Shown one piece after another: positions 1 through 9,327 of a DNA stretch of 64,000 bases. A program made the translations under genes and the position numbers. Each line of letters opens with the position of its first letter. Positions within the stretch are counted from its first letter, which is position 1. This DNA comes from Tagaea sp. (GTDB taxonomy: Bacteria > Pseudomonadota > Alphaproteobacteria > CACIAM-22H2), in assembly GCA_965279525.1 (NCBI GenBank), contig CBDIIB010000005.1:192001-256000 (forward strand), written 5' to 3'. The notes under the pieces are model-generated. The model ran no database searches, had not been told where the DNA came from, and saw only the letters and a list, made by a program, of their open reading frames with translations.

Positions 1-145
1 ACGTTGCCGCCGCCATGCAGCACCAGTGCCCCCACGCCGCCCAGCAGGCGGCAGGTATAGGTGCGCAACGCCAGATCCTCGTTGCAGCCCTGCGCCGCGT
101 ATTTCGCGATCGCCGCCTTGGCTTCGGTATCGGACCAGAGATTCT

Positions 146-149
<4 letters not shown>
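1..149 (-). CDS. N-terminus of bifunctional class II aldolase/short-chain dehydrogenase (partial, runs off window)
   Basis: Manual translation from ATG at 149: MKNLWSDTEAKAAIAKYAAQGCNEDLALRTYTCRLLGGVGALVLHGGGN. The 'DLALRxYxxRLLG..LVLHGGGN' pattern is typical of RhaD-like aldolase/SDR fusions. ATGA overlap with the mtnP stop. The SDR half is not visible. Confidence 0.75.
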
Positions 150-1034
<885 letters not shown>

Positions 1035-1042
<8 letters not shown>

Positions 1043-1646
1043 CGGCAAAGACTCCGGGTGGGGGCCACGTGCCGTTTCTTGTAACGATGGCTTCGGGCGG
1101 AAACAATGCGTTACGACAGGTTACCGTAACCTGTTTATCCCCTTGATCTGATGGGGAGGTAACCTCCGCGCGCGTGGTCGCGTAGGACACGTCCTGCTCG
1201 GCCGAGTCGAGTATCCGCGTGGCGCGCGCGACATCGTGCACGGTATCGGCCATGTCGAGGATCGTCTCGCTGTCCAGCTGGTCGGCACCGGCCTCGCCGT
1301 CGCCGGCCATCTCCTCGAGCGCCGGCGTGCGGAACAGGCCCAGCCGCTCGACCAGCCAGCACGACATGCGCTTGTTCCCGTCCGCGATCGCCTGGTGGAT
1401 CGTCTCGATCGCCATGGCGCGCAGGCCCTGCAGGCGCACCGCGGCTTCCGACGTTTCGCGCCGGCGCAGTTCCGACGTCCGCGCGCGCAACGCCTCGCTG
1501 GCGCGCAGGATGCGCCAGATATGCTGGCGCGAGCAGCCCATGACGGTCGCCACTTCGGTCGTCGAATGCCCTTCGGCCAGAAGCTGGGCCACCAGCCGCC
1601 AGTCGATCTGACGCTTGGGGCCTCGAGGTAACGGTAAATTTTCCAT
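1035..1646 (-). CDS. helix-turn-helix protein, terminase small subunit-like architecture
   Basis: HTH (QLLAEGHSTTEVATVMGCSRQHIWRIL), then helical segment ending GNKRMSCWLVERLG and an acidic tail. AAAGGTG upstream of ATG 1646 (alternative ATG 1664). Stop overlaps the mtnP start. Confidence 0.6.
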
Positions 1647-1788
1647 GATTGCACCTTTTATCATATTATAGGTGCTAATAAGCCTATATTACGGATCATG
1701 TTCCGTCAAGGCGCGGCACTGCGTAATGCTGTGGACCCACTCGAGCCGTGACATCCTACATTTGTCGCGAGGCGTGCTCGAGGCAGGG

Positions 1789-3918
1789 ATGTCATTCGGG
1801 GAAGATTTACGTAATTTTTTCCATACGAACTTCAACTTCCGAAGCACGCTCTTCCGGTCGCATCAAAGCCGCGAGCTTGAGCGTTATCGGGACTTCTTCG
1901 ACACTGTCGAGCGTCAGCCGCTGACCGGACGCCAGCGCCGGTCCGTCATCCTCGACGAGCACCGGAATCTCGTTGTCGCCGGTGCAGGCACCGGAAAGAC
2001 ATCCGTCATCGTCGCCAAGGCCGGATACCTGGTCAAAAGCGGGAAATGCCGTCCCGATGAAATCCTGCTGTTGGCTTTCAACGCGGACGCGGCAGACGAA
2101 CTTGCCGCGCGGTGCAAAGACCGCCTCGGCATCGAAATCAGGGCATCCACGTTTCATGCATTGGGGAATCACGTCATTGGCACCGTTGAGCCGGTTGTAC
2201 CGACTGTCTCCCGCCTCGTCCTGGATCGGCAGTACTTCGCGGAATTTTTCGAAACGGTCGTCGAGAAGCTGCTGGCGGACAAAGACGCGTGGAAGAGAGC
2301 CCGGGCAGTCGTCCTCGGCCACCTGAAACCGTACAAAAGCGAGTTCGAGTTCCGCAAGGCAGAAGACCAAGCCGCGTACATTCGCGGCGTAGAGCTTCGC
2401 GCGTTGTCCGGCGATCTGGTCAAAAGCTTTGCCGAGCTGGACATCGCGAACTTCCTGTTCATCAATGGCGTCAATTTCGAGTACGAAAAGCGGTACCCGT
2501 ACGGGCGGGAACGCTATCAGCCCGACTTCCATCTGACGGACTACGGCATCTGGATCGAGCATTTCGGCGTCGACCGGAAGGGCAACACCGCGCCCTATGT
2601 GGACCGCGACGCGTATGCGCGCGCAATGGCATGGAAGCGGGACATCCACGCCAAGAACCGCACGATACTTCTCGAGACCTATAGCTGGCAGAAATCCGAA
2701 GGCAATCTCGCGAAGCGACTCCATGAACTTCTGAAAAAGAACGGCGTTACGTACGCGCCACGCCCGGACGCCGAAATTTTCAAGGCGCTGCGCGACACGA
2801 AGTACATTCCGCAGCTTGCCAGCCTGACCGAGAAGTTCCTCGTCCACTTCAAATCGAACCAGATTTCCCAGTCCGATCTTTTCCGGAAGGCAAAGCGCTC
2901 TTCGAATCCCCGCCGCGCGACCGCATTCGCGGAGTTCTTTCGCTTCTTCCTCGAAAAGTACGAGTCGGAACTGGACGGAAAACGACCGCGCGAAATCGAC
3001 TTCAACGACATGATCCTGGCGGCGGCTTCCCATATTCGGTCCGGGCGCTTCGCCGTGCCGTGGAAATACATAATCGTCGACGAATTCCAGGACATATCCG
3101 TCGGGCGATATCGCCTGCTGGATGCCATGCTAAAGAGCCGAGGCGACCTCCAGTTCTTCGCCGTCGGCGATGACTGGCAGTCCATCTACAGGTTCGCCGG
3201 AAGCGACATCTCGATCATGAGCCGGTTCCGGAAGTTCTTCGGGCGCGCGACGATCGTCAAGCTAGATCGAACGTTTCGCTTCAACGACAGGATTGCTTCG
3301 GTCAGCGCAAAGTTCATTCAACGGAACCCGCGACAGATCCGCAAGAAACTGTCGACGCACATCGAGCGTTCTTCGCCACAGGTGATGCTGCATTGGGTAT
3401 CTCCGGCGGCCGGAGGCAGGCGTCCGGAAATTCCAGCTCTCAAAGGCGTTGTTCACGGGTTGACGGCTGATCTTCGGGAGCGGAATCCGACGCTGCTCGT
3501 TCTCTCCCGCTACAACCACCTGCTGCCCGATCGGGCGCAATTGCGGGAGATCGAGAGCATCTGGCCCGGCCAGATGCTCGATCCGTTGACCGTACATAGG
3601 GCGAAAGGCCTTGAAGCCGACTATGTGATCGTAAACGGCCTGTCGGCGGGAAGATTCGGATTTCCTTCCGAGGTCGAAGACGATCCCTTGTTGGATCTCG
3701 TGCTTGCACGGCCCGACAGCTATCCGAATGCCGAGGAGCGACGGCTTTTCTACGTCGCCCTGACGCGCGCAAGGCAGCAAGTCCATCTGATTGTCGATCG
3801 TATCCACCCGTCGCCCTTTGCGCTCGAACTCCTGAACGGCCGCTACGACATAAATCACGTCGGTCGGGACGAGAAGCCGAGGGGCCTGACACTTCGAGGC
3901 TTGTTCGGTAGGAGTTGA
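1789..3918 (+). CDS. UvrD/helicase IV (HelD)-like SF1 helicase with inserted PD-(D/E)xK-like endonuclease domain
   Basis: Motifs AGAGTGKT, DEFQD, VGDDWQSIYRFAGSD, TFRF, TVHRAKGLEAD and EERRLFYVALTRAR. Insert reads VKSFAELDIANFL..EYEKRY..YQPDFHL..IWIEHFG. Visibly more AT-rich than flanks. Confidence 0.9.
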   Translation: MSFGEDLRNFFHTNFNFRSTLFRSHQSRELERYRDFFDTVERQPLTGRQRRSVILDEHRNLVVAGAGTGKTSVIVAKAGYLVKSGKCRPDEILLLAFNADAADELAARCKDRLGIEIRASTFHALGNHVIGTVEPVVPTVSRLVLDRQYFAEFFETVVEKLLADKDAWKRARAVVLGHLKPYKSEFEFRKAEDQAAYIRGVELRALSGDLVKSFAELDIANFLFINGVNFEYEKRYPYGRERYQPDFHLTDYGIWIEHFGVDRKGNTAPYVDRDAYARAMAWKRDIHAKNRTILLETYSWQKSEGNLAKRLHELLKKNGVTYAPRPDAEIFKALRDTKYIPQLASLTEKFLVHFKSNQISQSDLFRKAKRSSNPRRATAFAEFFRFFLEKYESELDGKRPREIDFNDMILAAASHIRSGRFAVPWKYIIVDEFQDISVGRYRLLDAMLKSRGDLQFFAVGDDWQSIYRFAGSDISIMSRFRKFFGRATIVKLDRTFRFNDRIASVSAKFIQRNPRQIRKKLSTHIERSSPQVMLHWVSPAAGGRRPEIPALKGVVHGLTADLRERNPTLLVLSRYNHLLPDRAQLREIESIWPGQMLDPLTVHRAKGLEADYVIVNGLSAGRFGFPSEVEDDPLLDLVLARPDSYPNAEERRLFYVALTRARQQVHLIVDRIHPSPFALELLNGRYDINHVGRDEKPRGLTLRGLFGRS

Positions 3919-4035
3919 GTTTCTTGTGGCCCCTGAGCCACGCAAAGGTCATGACACTCCCGCTTTGCCCGGATTGACGACGCCGGCCGACGCGCGCAGG
4001 TTCGTGCCCTCGTAGCCCAAACGGAGTTCCCGCCG

Positions 4036-4665
4036 ATGATGGACGCCGCCACCCTGCTGACATTCACGCTGATGGCGCTGGCACTGGTCGTCACGCCGGG
4101 GCCCGACATGCTGCTGCTGATGACGCGCAGCGTGGCGCAGGGCCCGACGGCGGGATTCGTCACGCTCGCGGGCATTTTCCTCGGCTGCTATTTCCATGCG
4201 CTCGTCGCCGGGCTGTCGCTCGCCGGCGTGCTGCTGGTCGCGCCGGTGACGTTCGACATCGTGCGGATCGCGGGTGCGCTCTACCTGCTTTGGCTCGCGG
4301 CGCGCGCGCTCATGGGCAGCGGCGGGTTCCGCCCGCCTTCGGCCGACACGCCGCGCGTGGCGCTGGGTGCTGTCTTCCGGCAGGGCGTGCTGACCAACAT
4401 CCTCAATCCCAAGGTGGCGCTGTTCTTCCTCGCCCTCTTCCCGCAGTTCATGCGCGCCGACCCCGGCACGGCGCTGGTCGAGGCATTGGTGCTGGCAAGC
4501 GTGCTCAATCTCGTCGGGCTGTTCGTCAACGGCGCCATCATCCTCGCCGCGGGCAGGCTCGGCACGTTCCTCGCCCGTCGCCCCGCCTTCGTGCGCTGGC
4601 AGAACCGCCTGCTCGGCGTGATGTTCGCTGGCCTGGCGCTGCGTCTGGTCTTCGAACGGCGCTGA
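4036..4665 (+). CDS. LysE/RhtB family amino acid exporter
   Basis: TPGPD, GALYLLWL and GVLTNILNPKVALFF motifs; hydrophobic. Confidence 0.93.
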   Translation: MMDAATLLTFTLMALALVVTPGPDMLLLMTRSVAQGPTAGFVTLAGIFLGCYFHALVAGLSLAGVLLVAPVTFDIVRIAGALYLLWLAARALMGSGGFRPPSADTPRVALGAVFRQGVLTNILNPKVALFFLALFPQFMRADPGTALVEALVLASVLNLVGLFVNGAIILAAGRLGTFLARRPAFVRWQNRLLGVMFAGLALRLVFERR

Positions 4666-4675
4666 CGCCGCCCCT

Positions 4676-5248
4676 TCAGAACAGCCGGTCCGCCCCCAGC
4701 GCCGTCGCGATGCCGAGGCACGCGAAGATCGCGGCGGCGATGCCATGGACGAGCTTCATGGGGATGCGCGTGGCGAGCCGGTCGCCGGCGAACACGGCGG
4801 GCACGTCGGCGATCAGCATGCCAAGCGTCGTGCCGATGACGACGAGAACGGCTTCGCCATAATGCGCCGCCAGCGCCACGGTCGCGATCTGGGTCTTGTC
4901 ACCCATTTCGGCGAGGAAGAACGTCACGAGCGTGGCGCCGAACACGCCGAAGCGCTGTGCCACATGGGTCTCGTCGTCCTCGATCTTGTCGGGCACCAGC
5001 GTCCATGCCGCCATCGCGAGGAACGAGGCGGCAAGCGCCCAGCGCAGGAAGGCCGGATCGAGCGTGGCCGTGATCCACGCCCCGGCCGCCCCGGCAAGCG
5101 CGTGGTTGGCCACCGTCGCGACGAGGATGCCGAGCACGATGGGCACGGGCTTCTTGAAGCGGGCCGCGAGGATGAAGGCGAGGAGCTGGGTCTTGTCGCC
5201 GATCTCGGCAAGCGCCACGACACCGGTCGATACGAGCAGGGATTCCAT
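4676..5248 (-). CDS. TMEM165/GDT1 (UPF0016) family Mn2+/Ca2+ exporter
   Basis: Two copies of the E-x-G-D-K-T motif (LAEIGDKTQ, LAEMGDKTQ); start at ATG 5248. Confidence 0.93.
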   Translation of the reverse strand: MESLLVSTGVVALAEIGDKTQLLAFILAARFKKPVPIVLGILVATVANHALAGAAGAWITATLDPAFLRWALAASFLAMAAWTLVPDKIEDDETHVAQRFGVFGATLVTFFLAEMGDKTQIATVALAAHYGEAVLVVIGTTLGMLIADVPAVFAGDRLATRIPMKLVHGIAAAIFACLGIATALGADRLF

Positions 5249-5332
5249 TGGAAAGTCTCCGGGGATCGTCTCCGGCCGGAGGGACAAGACAAGACGACGC
5301 GTTCCCCTCCGGCCGCCTGGAGGTCCGCGATC

Positions 5333-5440
5333 GCCTGTGGTCTTGCCAAGCCCGAAGGCTGCCCTGCGCCATGGCCATGCCGGCCAAGTATGTTGACGAG
5401 GGCGCGTGCCGGGGACGGCACGCCGACTACTCCCCAAAGA
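5333..5440 (-). ncRNA. yybP-ykoY manganese riboswitch
   Basis: Minus strand reads TTTGGGGAGTAGTC...CGTCAACATACTTGG...TGGCAAGACCACAGG, the conserved core, directly upstream of a UPF0016 exporter. Confidence 0.9.
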
Positions 5441-5447
5441 CGGGCAG

Positions 5448-5476
5448 GTTTTAGGCGCCCCCGCCCCGCCCGTCAA
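5448..5476 (-). promoter_or_regulatory. sigma70-type promoter of the riboswitch/exporter transcript
   Basis: TTGACG-N17-TAAAAC on the minus strand; predicted +1 falls at the 5' end of the riboswitch. Confidence 0.6.
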
Positions 5477-5506
5477 ACGGCGCTTTGTCGCAGGGAGTCG
5501 AAGGCT

Positions 5507-5536
5507 TGGATGCCCGGATCAAGTCCGGGCATGACG
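5507..5536 (-). repeat. REP-like palindromic repeat (single unit)
   Basis: CGTCATGCCCGGACTTGATCCGGGCATCCA on the minus strand, near-identical to the unit at 22902; sits right after a stop codon. Confidence 0.8.
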
Positions 5537-5537
5537 G

Positions 5538-5870
5538 TCAAGGAATGAAGCCGATCCGCTCGAATGCGACCTTCAGCGCGCGGCCGTCGAAATAGATGCG
5601 ATGGACCGTGCCGTCGGCGGGCTCGACCGGCCAGTCGCCGGTCAGCTTGTATTTCGTGCCGGCCGGCGCCTGTTCGCCGGTGATCAGCACGCCGCTCTTG
5701 GACATCAGCAGCGTCATGTCGACCAGCATGCGGCCGCGCGATTCGCTGTAGGAGCCGAAATAGCGCGCCCCGCCGGCGTCGATCCCGACGACCGTCTGCC
5801 GGCCGATATAGAGCGTGCCGGCGCCGGCCCCGGCGCTGCCGACATAGCGCATGACGTACAAGGCACTCAT
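5538..5870 (-). CDS. small hypothetical beta-rich protein (GrlR-like pattern)
   Basis: MSALYVMRYVGSAGAGAGTLYIGRQTVVGIDAGGARYFGSY resembles the GrlR-type beta-barrel pattern; plausible codon usage. Confidence 0.55.
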   Translation of the reverse strand: MSALYVMRYVGSAGAGAGTLYIGRQTVVGIDAGGARYFGSYSESRGRMLVDMTLLMSKSGVLITGEQAPAGTKYKLTGDWPVEPADGTVHRIYFDGRALKVAFERIGFIP

Positions 5871-5945
5871 ACAATAGTACTCTCTGAAGTTGTGTTCCGA
5901 TGTACACCATATCGGCCGCAAAAGAAAAGGCCTGCGGAATTTCGG

Positions 5946-8429
5946 CTACGCCACTTCGTAGCGATCGCGCCCGGCGTGTTTGGCCCGGTAGAGCGCGTCG
6001 TCGGCGCGGCCCTGGGCGGCGGAGATGTCGGCGTCGGCAGGGACGATCATCGAGATGCCGACGCTCGTCGTCACGGCGATGGCGTGCCCGTCCCAGTCGA
6101 TCGGGGTGGCGCGCACGGCGTCGAGGAGACGGCCGGCGAAAAGCCGGGCGCCGGCAAGGTCGGTGCCGGGCAGCAGGACGGCGAACTCCTCGCCGCCGAT
6201 CCGGCCGAACATGTCGGACTCGCGCATGACCGCCCGCACGCGCCTTGCGAACTCGACGAGGACCCGGTCGCCGGCCGCATGGCCGTACGTGTCGTTCACG
6301 CGTTTGAAATGGTCGATGTCGAGGGCGAGGAACGCGCAAGTGCCCGCATAGCGCTTCAGGCGCACGAGTTCGCCGTTGCCGCGCTCGACGAGCGAGCGCC
6401 GGTTCGGCGCACCGGTCAGCGGGTCGGTTGTCGCGAGACGTTCGAGCTCCACGTTGAGCGACGCGAGTGACGCCTCGCGCGCCTTAAGCTCGGTGATATC
6501 GACGCGGAAGATGATCGTGTGGCCGCTCTGGGTGCGCTTCTTCTCGATCCGGTTCCAGCGTCCGTCCGGGCCGCGCACCTCGTAGGCCTGACCGGGATTG
6601 CGGAAGCTTTCCAGGTGCTCGCGCACGAAATCGTTCTCGCGGCCGGCCGCCGCCGGATAGAGCCCGCATTCGAGACCCAGGCGCACGACGAACTCGTAGC
6701 TGGTGCCCGGCACGATCAGGTCGGCGAAGCTGCCGTAGGTTTCGCTGTACCGGGAATTCAGCAGCACGATGCGCTCGTCGGGATCGTAGAGGCAGAACCC
6801 GTCGGACAGGGACTCGATCCCCTCCTTGAGGCGCCGGTGGGCAAGCTCGGAGCGCTGGCGCTCGCCCGAGAGCTGCTCGGCAAGGGCCGCCAGCTCGCCG
6901 GCCTGCGCCTCGGCGCGCCAGCGCGCCTCTTCGCCTTCGACGAGCGCCTTCTGCAGTTCGGCGTCGTGCCGCTCGAGCTTCTCGAACGCGTCCCTGCGCT
7001 CGGTCACGTCGGACTGGATGGCCATGTAGCCGGTCAGTTCGCCGGCCTGGTCGAGCATCGGCCGGATCTCGAGATCGACCCAGTAGACCCGCCCGTCCTT
7101 CGCGCGGTTGCGGATCTCGCCGCGGAACGGACGGCGTTCCTCGAGGCACCTTCGCATCTCGTCGTCGCGTTCGGTCGACGTGCCTTCGAACTGGACGAGT
7201 TCGCGCGGCTTGCGGCCGATCGCCTCGGCGGCGCTGAATCCCGTGAGGCGCGTGAACCCGTCATTGACCCAGGCGATCCGCCGGTCCGGCCCGGTGATGA
7301 TGACGCCGTTGGTGGTGCGCTCGGCGACCTTCGCGAGCCGGTCGAGTTCGACCGTCATGCGCCGCGCCAGCGCCAGCGCACGCGCACGCCCCGTCATCGC
7401 GAGCCAGACCACGAAGGCCACGCACAGCGACAGCGCGCCGATCCCGGCCCCCACGGCGACGGGCGTCGTGCGGTCGATGCCCGCGTTCCATTGCGGAGCT
7501 CCCCAGGCGCGCATGACGATCAGGCGGTTGGCGAAGACCAGCGGCACGAAGAATGTCGGCCGCACCGCCGGCTCCGCCGCCGAGACCGGCACGGCCGAAC
7601 CCGGCACGCGGAAGCTGCTGAATGGCCGGATCGATCCGTCGGGAAGCCCGTCGAACAGGTCGAACTCGACGAGGCCGTCGGCGGCGGCGGCGGCGGCACC
7701 GATCATGTCGTCGACGAGGAACGGGGCATAGAGGATGCCTTGCGTCTTCTCGCGCCGCCCGGCGACCGTGTCGGGGACCGTCCCGCCTTCGTAGACCGCC
7801 AGCATCAGCAGGAAGCCGGGTGTCGGCTGCCCGCCCATGCCCATGAGGCCCAAGGGTGCCGTCAGCGCCGGGCCGCCGGTCTCGATCGCGGCGTCGATCG
7901 CGGTGCGGCGGGTCGCCTCGGCGCCGATGTCCGTCCCGAGCACAGGTGCAAACCCCGTGAACGGCTCGATGTACTTGACGACATAGAGTTCGGGCGCGTC
8001 GCCCTGCGTGCGGATCTCGAAGTCCGGCACGCCGTCGCGCCGCGTGCGCTCGACGAAGCGGATCGTCGCCCACCGGTAGACCTGCTCGGCATAGCCGAAG
8101 GCTCGCACGCCGGGAAACTCGGCCGGCAGGTCGCGCGCCGCGACCCAGTCGCGGAACTGGCTGCGCGACATGTCGCCTTGCGCCGCGAACGCGGCGCGCA
8201 GGCCGCGCAGGCCGTAGACGGGTGTCGCGAAGCGCTGCTCGATCGTGCGGCCGACGCGCGCGGCAAGCCGGTCGAGGCGTTCGGCGGAATCGGATGCCGC
8301 GTCTGCTGCCAGCCACTGCACGGCCGCCGCAGCGACCCCCAGGCCGACCGCGACGATCGCGGCCGCCGCGAGCAGCGCACGCAGGCCGCCACCCCTTTCG
8401 GGGCCGGCCGGATCTTTCGCTGCAGCCAT
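5946..8429 (-). CDS. diguanylate cyclase with CHASE, PAS-PAC, PAS and GGDEF domains
   Basis: TM-CHASE (FPGVRAFGY..VKYIEP)-TM, PAS (WVNDGFTRLTGFS..NRAKDGRVYW), second PAS, TDPLTG, DIDHFKRVNDTYGH, intact GGEEF, RESD I-site. Confidence 0.95.
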   Translation of the reverse strand: MAAAKDPAGPERGGGLRALLAAAAIVAVGLGVAAAAVQWLAADAASDSAERLDRLAARVGRTIEQRFATPVYGLRGLRAAFAAQGDMSRSQFRDWVAARDLPAEFPGVRAFGYAEQVYRWATIRFVERTRRDGVPDFEIRTQGDAPELYVVKYIEPFTGFAPVLGTDIGAEATRRTAIDAAIETGGPALTAPLGLMGMGGQPTPGFLLMLAVYEGGTVPDTVAGRREKTQGILYAPFLVDDMIGAAAAAADGLVEFDLFDGLPDGSIRPFSSFRVPGSAVPVSAAEPAVRPTFFVPLVFANRLIVMRAWGAPQWNAGIDRTTPVAVGAGIGALSLCVAFVVWLAMTGRARALALARRMTVELDRLAKVAERTTNGVIITGPDRRIAWVNDGFTRLTGFSAAEAIGRKPRELVQFEGTSTERDDEMRRCLEERRPFRGEIRNRAKDGRVYWVDLEIRPMLDQAGELTGYMAIQSDVTERRDAFEKLERHDAELQKALVEGEEARWRAEAQAGELAALAEQLSGERQRSELAHRRLKEGIESLSDGFCLYDPDERIVLLNSRYSETYGSFADLIVPGTSYEFVVRLGLECGLYPAAAGRENDFVREHLESFRNPGQAYEVRGPDGRWNRIEKKRTQSGHTIIFRVDITELKAREASLASLNVELERLATTDPLTGAPNRRSLVERGNGELVRLKRYAGTCAFLALDIDHFKRVNDTYGHAAGDRVLVEFARRVRAVMRESDMFGRIGGEEFAVLLPGTDLAGARLFAGRLLDAVRATPIDWDGHAIAVTTSVGISMIVPADADISAAQGRADDALYRAKHAGRDRYEVA

Positions 8430-8502
8430 CGTCTCCCCTGGCGCCGCACGGAACCGTCAGATGTCCGAAACTACATACAAACGTTTAAGATCCGTGAAAC
8501 GC

Positions 8503-8539
8503 AAAAGGCCCGCCCCTTTCGGGGCGGGCCATATTTTTT
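8503..8539. terminator. rho-independent terminator after petC (possibly bidirectional)
   Basis: AAAA-GGCCCGCCCC-TTTC-GGGGCGGGCC-ATATTTTTT: perfect 10-bp stem with T-runs on both strands. Confidence 0.85.
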
Positions 8540-8565
8540 CCGGTCCGACCGGGATCGGAAGGGGC

Positions 8566-9327
8566 TTAGTGCAGGCCCTTCCAGATCTTGCGCTTGGTCG
8601 CGTAGAGCAGGCCCGTGAAGATGAACAGGAACAGCATCACCTTCACGCCCAGCGAATTGCGCGCTTCCAGATGCGGCGAGGCGGCGAAGGCGAAGAACGT
8701 CGAGACGTCCTTGGCCATCTGCTCGACCGTGGCCTTCGTGCCGTCGGCATAGGTGACGGCGTCGGGCTGGATCGGCTGGGCCATCGCGATCTGGTGGCCG
8801 GGGAAGTAGGTGTTGTAGTGCATGCCTTCGGGCAGCGTCACGCCGGCGGGCGGCGCTTCGAGATAGCCCGTCAGCAGCGCGTAGACGTAGTTCTCGCCGC
8901 CCACGCGGTTCTTCGCGATCAGCGACAGGTCGGGCGGGAGTGCTCCGTTGTTGACCGCGCGCGCCGCGTTGTCGTTGGCGAAGGGCGACTTGAAGCGGTC
9001 GGCCGGACGGGCCGGACGCTGGAACATCTCGCCGTCGTCGTTGGGGCCGTCGGTCGCCTCGTACTCGGCCGCGACCGCGCGGATCTCGGCTTCCGAAAGC
9101 CCGATGCCCGCGAGGTTGCGGAAGCGCATCTGCTTCATGCCGTGGCAGGCCGCGCACACTTCCTTGTAGACCTGATAGCCGCGCTGCAGGGCCGCGCGGT
9201 CGAACGTGCCGAAGAAGCCGTCATGCGGCCAGGCCTGCACGGGGATCTTGATGCCTTCGGCAGCCGACACCGAGCCGGTGCAAAGAGCCAGCGTCGCCGC
9301 GACGATCAGGGATTTCGCGAAACGCAT
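8566..9327 (-). CDS. petC: cytochrome c1
   Basis: Signal peptide, LQRGYQVYKEVCAACHG (CxxCH), PPDLSL, C-terminal TM; TGATG overlap with petB. Confidence 0.96.
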   Translation of the reverse strand: MRFAKSLIVAATLALCTGSVSAAEGIKIPVQAWPHDGFFGTFDRAALQRGYQVYKEVCAACHGMKQMRFRNLAGIGLSEAEIRAVAAEYEATDGPNDDGEMFQRPARPADRFKSPFANDNAARAVNNGALPPDLSLIAKNRVGGENYVYALLTGYLEAPPAGVTLPEGMHYNTYFPGHQIAMAQPIQPDAVTYADGTKATVEQMAKDVSTFFAFAASPHLEARNSLGVKVMLFLFIFTGLLYATKRKIWKGLH

